Shown here piece by piece: positions 11,401-20,100 of a stretch of DNA of 31,327 nt. The translations under genes and the position numbers were made by a program. The number at the start of each line of letters is the position of its first letter. Position 1 is the first letter of the stretch. The stretch is from a virus (lineage: Duplodnaviria; Caudoviricetes), in IMG/VR virus record IMGVR_UViG_3300044513_002180, positions 1 through 31,327 of that record; one strand, 5' to 3'. The notes under the pieces were generated by a model. The model was not told the DNA's origin. It searched no databases and was given only the letters and a program-made list of their open reading frames with translations.

Positions 11401-12152
11401 CTCTTAGAGAAGTACAGAGTGTAACACAACCATTTGTAATGCACCAGGCTAAAGAAATCACAACTTCACTACAAGATATTGATACTTTTGTCACCAGAAT
11501 TTCTATGGTTCTAGGCGGTGTTAGTGGAACTGCTTCTGCTGGTACTGAAATTGACTATCGTTATGCTGTTGTTGACTTTATTATCGAAGAATATGTTCTT
11601 GAAACATATCTTAGATTGAGAGACGGAACTAATTTAACATTGGCAAATCCTTATAACGAAGTCTTGCTTAGAGACGGATCTACCTTCTTGGTAGAAAATG
11701 GAGATCAAAATGTCCCAACAGGATTTGAAGATTATGAGCTTGGAAATGCTGGATTAACTTTACGGTCGTTTGAAGCAAATGCTTTGGTTGACAGTGGTAT
11801 TAGTTCTGGTTTGTCAATTTCAGAACTTGATACCATTTATCCAACATTAACACTACGTGATTTTGAGTTTAGAGAAAAATCAGCTTTACTTGGAAATGGA
11901 GATAGATTTAATATTGCTATCCCAACAACCCAGCAACCAGTTGCTATTAGTTCTTCTACTGGAACTATTGGCGGCAGTATTGTTGTACAAAGCACGGAAT
12001 ACTTTGGCGATGAAGGATACTTATTTACAAGCAGTGGCAATGTTATTCAGTACACTTCCAAGACTGCTACTACATTTAATGGATGTACATTAGTTCGAGG
12101 ACCAAATTCTATCTCTGCTAGTGATGAATTGATTCCGTTCTCAATTGTATAA
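2454..12152 (+). CDS. gp7: Enlarged baseplate wedge initiator gp7 (3232 aa)
   Basis: Lies between gp6 and gp8. Shows gp7-like motifs QLPGFI...F..FVEKYYE, FYKAKGTDKSIKFLF and LQDSYFYQDYSYVI...HPAGFQLFG, with many inserted beta-rich repeats. Confidence 0.85.
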   Translation: MAPKKRRLSSLIESQLPGFIQYEYENFSKFVEKYYEQQESFGQPLDIISNLNKYRDINFYEKNLLNQQSTLASSITADATTLTVVDGSSFPEENGYIQIGDEILFYQDRNGNVLESVSRGVSGNTTLGDLYTKSEFVTTAAAPHYQGDVVRNISNLFLYALVKEFEKTYLAEFPEAYLKEDVDKRSLIKNITSFYKAKGTDKSIKFLFNAIITDDPTNVPEVLNPKDFTLKASVSDWTKNYSLKVKLNSGDIFDLIGQRITQEIDGYDTAIQFASAVVDNVISIGSDGQEDLYEVILEPTTINGAFEVSGRTTTTVLLPASSGSNDRITVKSTMGFPRTGKLLVGDEVITYKDKTVNQFIIDNRIGPIRNHNVGKTVYRYSTIVGGSVKITTLGILYNLLPSHSAPYSKSGESVEIGDAGFETLSPIVYDKTIGRNRWLINTDPTSNYNTVKGVAQPFASDVGAVFEDDQYFYVCSSSYPSQNILVDTQYSNTLSDQKSLKLIRKQPIVTTEVYETSSRDVGVFIDGVPALGYKSDEFVKFGAIESVEITSKGFSYVNPPYVLVNEQPNKARCTLNGSTVGEIEILTTENFDEDPTIRITSGEQAVLEPVITAGAITSMNIINAGRYYSSPPVIRIVDTLGKGNFAEFEAILNSDGSIGEVRKISTGRFYTRGYTTVSVEPVGKNASATASIKKWVFNRYEQLKNNLDQDNGTVFINYSPLRGYGYAYLANPRRLRARAYSSQNAFNNNLNLQNTHSPILGYAYDGNPIYGPYGYSNPVDSTSSIQRLSSGYVIRGSRPNGPDTGKYPLGSFIDDYRWVPSVNSGKTELDQNNGRFCVTPDYPNGTYAYFISVDASDNPVFPYILGNNFYSLPVDSNYNSNISQDDIPVGLKSLRSDLSERNGSQFAALIQDVKSGNVTSGYVESSLDNFSPGNNVYLNNTATSGKDAVVRVDQVTGQTVTSIESTQTKASQIKVQESAYLFEGDQISQTGEDGTIFATGLLIGDVFNAGEMVLRDVTGTFNTTNPIDSETLVVTLVLDSDANFTAGATLRLTNDDNEDQSTGTILETTSRQNSVKVRVTNANNNFFVTSEYYLRSSNLSDSNRVEIVSVTSLSTNLTPFFVDENIAIVATNENHNLGKGDQVTVDIIPDDSLTNTTYYVRKRLYQTATALQPTHTSQIVDEGIGSFDILNSGFGYTTDLYEDVELIFRDSSLARTNIGLPGDSGNARATIDVSNPQGLGAGGVASIIITTKGKGYKRGDILTVADSDLARSVTEESPQRLVFEVDHVGFAYNNTTLKLTNVNNVSQEDFLQIGPEIVKVTGVDTTTNEITVERGQQGTVPTNHYNNGTVTLKDGFYRFSENFRPFGEDIVKPYLIQYNPETQVIDVSYDYNANQPQVLSSSSSFFDSSIPQKLVQFRTVEDEAFKLEFSSDNVNFSINPVIDIQKYYKYTFDVSHFSMGDTYLDFSSSSNYNIFTEEKETSGIAPGNAGSFVSIKLGFGPAISTNTYQERRAINFQNYFYFIKVSPNVDTGGSYLRIIDDPLTGLKNVIYNTDTRFVYGLNQTPSYDGTGTMSYITNSRLAIGNIHSVKVVNTGEGYLEIPTVYGVLPTESNEAFVDPIWDPVEQVVTGFEIIDQGDNYSKPIIILTDTDGIRYEYECTQYQGKLSQVKVVKKGSGFTYKPTAKIIESDVKIYLESNNIGLPQNVKINNPGRGFNADRSQLGSYRSPTTLILRNISDRFFFGESITQPSTGASAVVALNGYREGSNLLKVINVTGTFESGSEIKSVLGNRTATLYSQLYTEFDVDLRSYVDNFGFFTSDRGKLSNANQRLQDSYFYQDYSYVIRSKSSIEEWRDLIKKTTHPAGFQLFGEMVIESEAEAPMPTQQPSFNYVSTIELPPVQVTSLSSTKVITVIQQKLESIFVEEGRGSISIDTFDASETQTYNVSLSPAFDGRFDSSTGQLVGNTVFTLIDKRTNNALSLTKNEQLIATLDGIFQEPGVSYTISGTTITFAQPPLGQRTIEGQLVDSVKFYGRAIKFKTSDLNDRYFRKVKSIADQFDGVKTDFELYWEDGSIVKTEVTENLIVALNGVVQKARITETQPFGNSYSIIRSEDETQADIIRFTKPPIDNEDLYGPPEELPEILKNYEKCFIYTVGSYERLTINSQLYEYRFGGPYLIQDEVTSAVRKIDNPRYALVFIDGVLQRDTESYTIVGPNITFTKPLGVSTTPAGDRVTQDVNIILMYGRDVAKTLTFYDFEPFAYNNTLYVTVSGTGISDSIKAQFDTFVAENWHLKQGNTVIGKVQNVNKVSDDEAILTIKSPVNVTVDENTPFDICLANDGYSTYAVTGTYTLSTVYKTDDEGLRLLEKDVPSWLYGVEGGNQAWNNRNSMFANLLPGDKILIDGESEYREILRTPDQVYTKSYNDQYYVQNEHYAKVQATNYEGDTEGVGLSVTANVNQFGAITTLNVSDVEFNQRDLNLFFDEGILLQPTAYEYFTTPEVHFIPVDGNGGGAKAEVIAYGGQILDVVLTDGGSGYTQPPQIVVARRYKRIKELNRKIDTLIELRVQSGIDSVFSMIGNTEIRIEGGPFSPQAITTIATFGGFDPELNTDRDITNTIATLFGEERQVRMTDEKFITEARVQSPTVILENAFELDTDRVLTQVIGGVVGFESVVSLQTPQRELTKIVQIKANKAFYQDRRDSLNGIGTFLDAPLSTTDTIAYVPNTSRFPDTPSRLRIGREIIYYNQKEEDRFLNLVRAYQGSPLESHQAGDLVLHYPEFVTLLSGGVNTIISEVSVAQSSVTPIEKTAQIQSISEVIDILPNTNEITQVIDLEEKVDTVDVVHQQITIIPPTSYNIVTETHSTQSRVSKASAGLSDVFGLVGEVQSVAPETTILQLTQQQQIKLENQSVITSISIGNIAATATSTSQVVTTSYNKTIVTNQINVEVLNTLSTITANIIENAHTRIDTLSSNIVTFTNLNLSRTALREVQSVTQPFVMHQAKEITTSLQDIDTFVTRISMVLGGVSGTASAGTEIDYRYAVVDFIIEEYVLETYLRLRDGTNLTLANPYNEVLLRDGSTFLVENGDQNVPTGFEDYELGNAGLTLRSFEANALVDSGISSGLSISELDTIYPTLTLRDFEFREKSALLGNGDRFNIAIPTTQQPVAISSSTGTIGGSIVVQSTEYFGDEGYLFTSSGNVIQYTSKTATTFNGCTLVRGPNSISASDELIPFSIV

Positions 12153-12161
12153 ATATAAATA
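12148..12161 (+). promoter_or_regulatory. Two overlapping perfect late promoters upstream of gp8
   Basis: TATAAATA at 12148-12155 and again at 12154-12161. The first copy overlaps the gp7 TAA stop. Confidence 0.8.
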
Positions 12162-12197
12162 AATCAGACAAAACGTTCACACACCGAGAGATTATCA

Positions 12198-14063
12198 ATG
12201 GCTGCTATTATCTCAGACAAGTTTAGAATTTTTAACGCCACCCAATTCCTTGAGTCGTTGTCTGAGCCCATTGGCGGCACAGATACTTCCGCTGAAAGGA
12301 CGAGGATGTACTTCTTTGTAGGTCGCCCTCAGCGTTGGGATGCTTATCTTGAAATTTTCAATAAAAATGCCACAGCATTTGTTGCTGGCAACGAAGTTTA
12401 TGTTGGTGCTGACTATGCCACCGCCACATTTAAGGGTGTAATTAGAGAAGTATACGAAAATTCTCTTCTCCTTCATAGCATTGGTCCAGCAACAAACTCG
12501 GTTCCTGCTGCTGGTTCAACACTAAAAGGTTGGAATGGAACTGCCAACACCAACGCCGAAGCACTAACTGGCGTTTATCGTTATGCTACGGAAGATGTTC
12601 CCCCTGTTCCCCTTGACAACCAAACAGAGAAGTATGATGTTTATGATGACATCATTGCTGCTAAGCGTATTACCACCGAGTTTGCTCGTAGTGTAATCCG
12701 TCGTTTCAACTGGGACACTTCTGCTAACCCAGTATTCGACATGTGGAAGCCTGACTATTCAACTACTCCTGGTAGTGGTGGTCAAATTGGTAAGGCATCT
12801 GCCACTGGTGCTACCAACATTGCTGATGCTAAATTCTATCTAATCAATTCTCAGTATGAAGTATTTAAGTGCCTCTTCAATGCTGGCGGTCTTCCTGTAA
12901 CCAACGAACCAAAGACTACTCCCGCTGCTGGTCAAGGAACTTATAGTAACGGTAAGTTTACCGAAGATCCTGCTACCAATGGTTACATCTGGAAATATAT
13001 GTACACCATCCCAACTGATGATGTACTACGCTTCCTCTCAACTGACTTCATGCCTATTGTTCTTCCTACCGATGCTACTCGTATCGCTACTGAAGCTCTA
13101 GCAACATCTGCTCCTAACTCTATTGATGTAGTTGTAATTGAAGATGCTGGTCAAGGTTTGGCTAACGGTACATACTACGCTCCTATTGTTGGTGATGGTA
13201 CTGGCGGTGTTGTAGAGATTGTTGTTGCTGGTGGTGCTCTAAGTTCGGCAACAGTTACTGCTGAAGGTCAAGATTACACCTACGCTTCAGTTCCTCTTCA
13301 GGATGGTTTAGAAGTAGGTGATCCAGGTTGGACTGGCGCTCCTATCGGTCTTTACACCGATGCTGGTCTAACAACAGGTGCTAATAACGCTGTTCCTTCT
13401 ACTGCTACTGGTGCTCTTGAAGTTATCCTACCTCCTCAGGGTGGTCATGGTTCTAACTTCGAAGAAGAACTTAATGCTAAGCGTGTTATGACGAATATCC
13501 GTCTAACATATGCTGAAGGTTCTGGTGACTTCCCTGTTGACAACGACTTCCGTCGTATCGGTATCATCCGTGATCCATATGCTGCTCCTGGCACAACCTT
13601 TGCTACGGCTCCTACCCTAAGTGGTGTCTATGCTGTTAAGATTAGTGCTGCTAATGGTGGTGCTACTGCTGACTTCGTTGCTGATGAAGTAATTTCACAG
13701 ACAACTGCTGGTGGTGGTACTGCTTACGGAACCGTTGTTTCCTGGGAGAGAGATTCTGGCAACGCTGGTCCTGGTGGCGGTGGCGTTCTTAAGTATATCC
13801 AAACTCCTTCACTTCACACAGACGCTAGTGTTGTAAGAGCATTTGAGAATAGCGGCAATGCTATTAGTGGTTCTCAATCACTTGCTTCTGGTGTTGTAGA
13901 TGCTACTAACAACGATACACTAGTTGGTGTTACCTTTGGCAGTGGTCTTGCTACTCCCGAAATCGGTAACAACTCTGGTGAAATCATCTACGTTGAGAAC
14001 CGTCGTCTCATCACTCGTGCTGCCGACCAGATCGAAGACATCAAACTTGTAATCGAGTTCTGA
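12198..14063 (+). CDS. gp8: Baseplate wedge subunit gp8 (621 aa)
   Basis: gp8-type motifs MAAIISDKFRIFNA..F, YFFVGRPQRW, FYLINSQYEVFKCL, GYIWKYMYTI, DFRRIGIIRDP and the C-terminus SGEIIYVENR..ITRAADQIEDIKLVIEF. Confidence 0.92.
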   Translation: MAAIISDKFRIFNATQFLESLSEPIGGTDTSAERTRMYFFVGRPQRWDAYLEIFNKNATAFVAGNEVYVGADYATATFKGVIREVYENSLLLHSIGPATNSVPAAGSTLKGWNGTANTNAEALTGVYRYATEDVPPVPLDNQTEKYDVYDDIIAAKRITTEFARSVIRRFNWDTSANPVFDMWKPDYSTTPGSGGQIGKASATGATNIADAKFYLINSQYEVFKCLFNAGGLPVTNEPKTTPAAGQGTYSNGKFTEDPATNGYIWKYMYTIPTDDVLRFLSTDFMPIVLPTDATRIATEALATSAPNSIDVVVIEDAGQGLANGTYYAPIVGDGTGGVVEIVVAGGALSSATVTAEGQDYTYASVPLQDGLEVGDPGWTGAPIGLYTDAGLTTGANNAVPSTATGALEVILPPQGGHGSNFEEELNAKRVMTNIRLTYAEGSGDFPVDNDFRRIGIIRDPYAAPGTTFATAPTLSGVYAVKISAANGGATADFVADEVISQTTAGGGTAYGTVVSWERDSGNAGPGGGGVLKYIQTPSLHTDASVVRAFENSGNAISGSQSLASGVVDATNNDTLVGVTFGSGLATPEIGNNSGEIIYVENRRLITRAADQIEDIKLVIEF

Positions 14064-14071
14064 TTTGGTTT

Positions 14072-14120
14072 TTACTCCGCTAAATACTTCAACGATAATG
14101 TAGAGTATTTGGCGGAGTAA
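14072..14120 (+). promoter_or_regulatory. 17-bp stem-loop covering the RBS of the VrlC-like gene
   Basis: TTACTCCGCTAAATACT (14072-14088) pairs with AGTATTTGGCGGAGTAA (14104-14120): 16 Watson-Crick pairs plus one G-U. The GGAG is in the 3' arm and the ATG is at 14122. Confidence 0.8.
14079..14086 (+). promoter_or_regulatory. Late promoter variant (GCTAAATA)
   Basis: CTAAATA in the gp8 to vrlC-like intergenic gap. The same GCTAAATA occurs before the giant ORF at 27747. Confidence 0.7.
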
Positions 14121-14121
14121 C

Positions 14122-17100
14122 ATGCCACAGAAGACAAATCTTAATGTAGCACCATATTATGATGACTATGATGCTGGCAAGAACTTCTATAAAGTTCTGT
14201 TCAGACCTGGATACTCGATTCAAACTAGAGAGTTAACATCTCTACAATCGATTCTCCAGAATCAAATCGAAAGTTTTGGTAAGTTCAACTTCAAGCAGGG
14301 GCAGCAAGTTATCCCTGGTGAGGTTGGACTTAATACTAAGCTTGATTATGTTAAGTTATCTTCTGTATCTGAAGTCGCTGTAAATGAAGGCGGGCAGATC
14401 GTTTATAAAAAATACGACATTAAGCAACTTGTCGGAACACAACTCCAGGGTCTAAACTCTGGAGTTGTTGGTCGCGTACTGGCAGCAGAATATGGTTCTG
14501 ACATTGAAGCGGATACTCTATTTGTTAAGTACACTACCAGCGGAAGTGCTAGTAACGAGACTACTTTTAGACAAGGCGAAACTCTAGAAGTAATTGCTGG
14601 TATTAACACTCCACTCCTAGTTGTTGGCACAGATGGTAGTGTATTACCAACATCTATTAATGTAGAAGATCCTGTTTCTGGTAATATTGAGACTCTTAGC
14701 AGTCGTGCTATGGGATTCGCTACTGCCGTTGACGTACAAGAGGGTGTGTATTTTGTCAATGGTTTCTTTGTAAGAAATGAAAAACAACTACTAGTAATTA
14801 ACAAATATTACAACAAAGCTTCGGCAAAAGTAGGATTTACTATCAGCGAAGATATTGTAACTCCAGAAGAAGATGTTTCTCTAGCAGATAATGCCAGAGG
14901 ATTCTCTAACCAATCTGCTCCTGGTGCTCACCGTTTGAGCATCAATTTAAATCTGACAAAATTTGATTACACTGCTAACACTGACAAGAATTTTATTCAG
15001 TTAGTACAGATCAAAAACGGATCTGTAGAGAAGCAAGTAAAAGCAGCAGATTACACTTTACTAGAAGAAACTCTAGCAAGAAGAACGTATGATGAATCTG
15101 GGGATTATGTAGTAGAAGATTTTGATTATGATGTTAGAGAATATTACCAGAGAACAGGAAACAATGGTGTTTATGCTCTAAACTCAGAAACTGGACTAGT
15201 AAATAAAAAGTATTCAGCAACAGAAGCTGAAGGCAAGATGGTCCTATCAGTTAGTTCTGGTAAGGCATATGTCAAAGGATATGAAATTATCAACAAAGAG
15301 TCCAAGACTCTAGAAGTAAACAAAGGTAGAGATACTCTTTCTCGTGACAATGTAACTATCAAGTCAAAAGGTCTTCCAGAATTAAGCGTAACTAATGTTT
15401 TTGGAAGCATCCCTCTAAACACAGTTGGCGATGAGATTACTGGATATCCAACCGTAACCTTAAATAGCACATTTAATGATGGTACTATTGGTTTCTCTGG
15501 TTTAGAACCAGATGGTTATTTTAGAGATACTACTGATAGACGCTCGGAAGTCTTCACTTTAAATCAGGGAATTAAAACAATTTATGTTGCTGTTATTAAT
15601 GAGCAACCAGTACAAACATCTCAACTGCCAGATGAAGTTTGGTTTGTAACAACTAGAGGAACTGGTACTATTGCTGGTAAGAGTGCTAAAGTCATTGGCA
15701 AGGCAATTGTAAATCGCCCAGAAGTTAACACAGCCTCCAATGCTGTATATGCCGAATTAACTATTCTTGGTGACAAAGGAGTTCTTGATAATTTCTTGAC
15801 TGAATATGACACTGGGGAGACTGATTACAGAAGATTTATCTATCTCTCACAAACATTGCTAGAGACATCATCAGATCCTTATGGTTTTGTTGTTGACTAC
15901 AACGAAGTTGTTAGCCCTATTGTTGGTGTATCAAAACCAAAGAATTTTAGACTAATCAACCGAGGTGTTGGATTTAATCCCGACTCCGACATCATCATTT
16001 CTAGAGGTAGAACTGGATCTAGTACTCCATATAATGCTACATTCGGATTCTCTTATTTTAATCCTGTGTTCTTTACTAGATTAAAGTTAGAGAGAAAGAT
16101 CATAGCAGGAACATTTGAAAATGGTAAGTATGTCTACGGAAAAGAAAGTAAGGCATATGGTGTTATCGAAAATGATTCAACTGCCAATTTCAGTGGGGTA
16201 TCAACTCTATTTGTAACCACTCTTTCTGGTCAGTTTATTTCTGGCGAAACAATCATTGATGAAGAAAACAACGCCATCAAGATTGCCAAGGAAAATACTA
16301 TTTCCCACTTTATTGTAAACAAGAGAGGAAGTAACTACAACGATTCTTCTAGTGTTATTATTAACGGTACAATCTTCGATCAATCTAAAATCGGTGTAAC
16401 TTTGTATGGTGGTGCTGTAGTACAAACTTTGGTAGAAAACAGAAGTGCCTTACAGCAGACTTATGCTACACCACCAACAATCACATTTACTGGAGATGAT
16501 TCCAACACAGACAAAGCAGTAGTAACTCCTGTTTTATTTAAAGATACTGTATTGACATTCAATCCACAAAATGTAAAGTCAGTGTCATCGACGTTTAATA
16601 ACTACACCTTTACTGCTGACGTTGATTTCTCTTCAACTTCATATGCCACTTATACTCAAATTAGTGACTTCACCTTCTTTGGTTATAGAGGTAGAAAGTA
16701 TATCGAGTGTAATGGATTTGGTGCTGATTTGAGTGGTGAGCTGGTTCAAGGTGATATCATTCAGTTTACTGACGCCAACAACAACGTAATTAAAAACGTT
16801 GTTCAATATGTCACACTCCCAGAGAACACAGAGAAATCGAGAATTTATTTTGATTATGCTTTGCCAGGTGATGTTAATAATGCCACCATTGTTAGACTAC
16901 GCCCAAGATTGGGCAACACTGCTGCTACATTAGTATACCCAACAGGAAGTAAGCAAGTAGCATCTCTTGTTAGTGATTCTGCCGATACTAAGTTCAAGTA
17001 TCATGTAAGGAAAGATTTCATTACCGATCTTTCTGCTAGTGGCGGCAACCTAACTTTCACTGCTCAGTTACCAGTTGGTACTCAAAAGTTTGTCGGATTT

Positions 17101-20100
17101 ACTGAGAATAGTTTCCTTGTTACTGTACTCAACAAAGGTTCTTCTACAGTTATTGAGAACGGAGACATTGTTTACATTGATCCTAGATACATCGAAGTAG
17201 AAGATTCTGTAATTACTGCTAGCAGTGTTACTGCTGGTGCTTTAAGAATCAAGAATTTACCATCAAATTACTTTGGAGTAATTACTGATGGTAATTATCC
17301 AAAACTAAAACTCACTGCTACTGTAGAGATTGATAAGGCACGTCCTAGACTCAAGAGTGCTATTAGGAACAAGAGAGTTGTTGTTATCTCTTCTGGAGAC
17401 CGTGTAATTCCTATTAGAGGTCAAGATTATGATTCTGATGTGATTGAGACATTCTCATACTCCGATGTGTTTAAACTCAAGTATGTCTATGAAGGAACTA
17501 CCACCAACCCACCCGTAGTAGACACCGCTGGTAATCTAATTAGTGGTACTGATGTAACTTACAAGTATAAGTTCGATGATGGACAGAGAGACACATATTA
17601 CGATGTTTCTAGAATTGTATTGAAGCCTGGTTTCGATGCTCCTACTGGTCAACTGGTTGTAGCATTTGACTTCTTCGAGCACTCACAAGGAGATTTCTGT
17701 ACTGTTGATTCTTATCTCCATGAAGCAGGTGTATTGCCAGAAGAGATTCCTCTATTCAACTCTTCTGTCAATGGTGTAATCTCTCTAAGAGATTCCATCG
17801 ACTTCAGACCAAAAGTTGATGGTAATACCACAATCACTGGATTCCAAGATCAATCTATCGTAGAACTATTTGATACTACTGATTACATCACATTCTTAGG
17901 AACTGGTGGTATCCCAACAGCAACACCAGCTCCAGATCAAAATCTACCTTATACAGTTTCGTTTAGTGAGAAGCAATACCTAGATCGTATTGATGGTCTT
18001 TTCTTGACCAAGAAAGGTGAGTTTATCATCAAAGAAGGAAATGCTTCACTAAACCCATCCAAACCAGAACCAGTAGATGATGCTGTTTCTCTTTGCTATC
18101 TCCATATTCCTGCCTTTACTAACAGCAGCAAGGATGTGAGAATTATTCCTGTGGATAACAAGCGTTATACCATGAAGGACATTGGTAAACTAGAGAAGAG
18201 AATCGAGCGTCTAGAATATTATACTACTCTAAGCATTCTTGAGCAGCAAGCACTAAACATGCAGGTCAAGGATGAAATTGGTCTGGATAGATTTAAGTCT
18301 GGTTTCTTAGTTGATAACTTCGAAGCACACAGAACTGGCAATCTCAAGTCTGGAGATTATCGCTGTGCCATCGACACCCAACAGTCTGTACTAAGACCAC
18401 AGTCCAAGGAAGATAGTTTTGCTCTCAAGGAAATTAATACAAGAGATGACCAAAGAGTAGTTTCTGGTTATGTAATTAATGATGGCGTTGTAACACTACC
18501 ATTCGAGAACGTAGAACTTCTTGGAAACAAGAATGCTACTAAAACTATTAACCCAAATCCATTCGTTGTTATTCAATATGTTGGAGAAGGTGTAATTACA
18601 CCACAGCAAGATTCTTGGTATGACCAAGGCGTAGCTCCACTAGTTGTCGATTCAAATACTAAACTCAATTCAATTTTCCTAGCAAAAGATAATGTAGCAG
18701 ATGCTTACTCTAGCATCTACAATTCATTTATTGTCAACTGGTGTGGTACTGATTCTGGTTTACTACCAATCGAATCTCTTGCTGGTATCAATACCGAAGA
18801 TATTGAATCTACTGTTCAATCTGCTTCTATTGGTAGTTCTTCCAACGTAAGTCCACAGAATAATGAAGTCGGTAAAGGTGTTGCTACAAAGAGTGTTGGT
18901 GGCAAGAAGATTGCTTCCTCACTACAATTCTTTGCTAGATCTATTCCTGTTAAGTTTGTGATGAGCAGACTGAAGCCTACCACAAAGGTTTATGTCTACA
19001 TGGAAGGACGTAATATCGATCGTTGGGTAGTTCCTGATAGTCGCTTTAGCGGTAAGGCAGGCAACTCTCTATCAACATTTGGTGCTCCTTTAATTACTGA
19101 TTCGAATGGCAATCTTTCTGGTATCATTTTAATTCCATCAGGTCTTCCACCTGTATCAAATACTAGATGGACTGGTAATGTTGATACCGTAAACTATGAC
19201 GAAACTGGGGAAGAAATTAGATTTGCTGTTGGCACGAAGACAATCAGATTTACATCCTCTTCAAATGATTCTGACAAAGCAGAAGTTGATACTTACGCCG
19301 AAGTTAAGTTCTATGCCTCTGGAGCAACTCCTTCCAACCCACCAAGTATCACATCTACCGCTACTTCATTCTTCAAAGCAAATGAAGGTGTACAATTAGT
19401 TGATAGTAATACTGACAATCCAGTAAAACCAAATCCACTTGCTCAAACATTCAAAGTTGAAAACTTTGATGCTGGTGTCATGGTTACAGGCGTAGATCTC
19501 TTCTTCAATAAAAAGAGCGAGACTATTCCCATTAGAGCATATCTAACTGATGTTGCTGCTGGCAAGCCAGGTAAGAATATTATTCCTGGTACACAAGTAT
19601 CACTAACTCCCGAAACATATCTAAGAGTTTATGTTACTGGGGAAAGTGAGACAGTAACTGTCAACCTAGATGAGTACGTAACAGGCAAGACTTCAAATGC
19701 TTCTGGTCCTATTGCTAAAGTATTTGATTCCAACTTAGTAAGAGTTGGAGATGACACTAGCACATCATTCCAGTTAAACAAAGAACAAGTTTATACTCTT
19801 GTTCTAAGCAACCACAATGGAACTTCATTCTTAGCAAATGAGTCTCTCACTATTCCATCTGTCACATCTTACAATGCTAGAAATAACACAACTCTAGGTG
19901 TGTTCATCGCCAGAGATTCTGGAAAAGTTACCGACTTGAAAGTGTCTAATGTTGGCGACAATTATGAGAGTGCTTCTATTGTTATTGAAAGTCCCCAGCT
20001 CCCTGGAGGATCGTCAGCAACAGGTTCTATTTCCGTCTCAGATGGAAAGGTATACAACTGTGAGGTTTCGCTCTCTGGAAGGGGATATACCGAACCCCCA

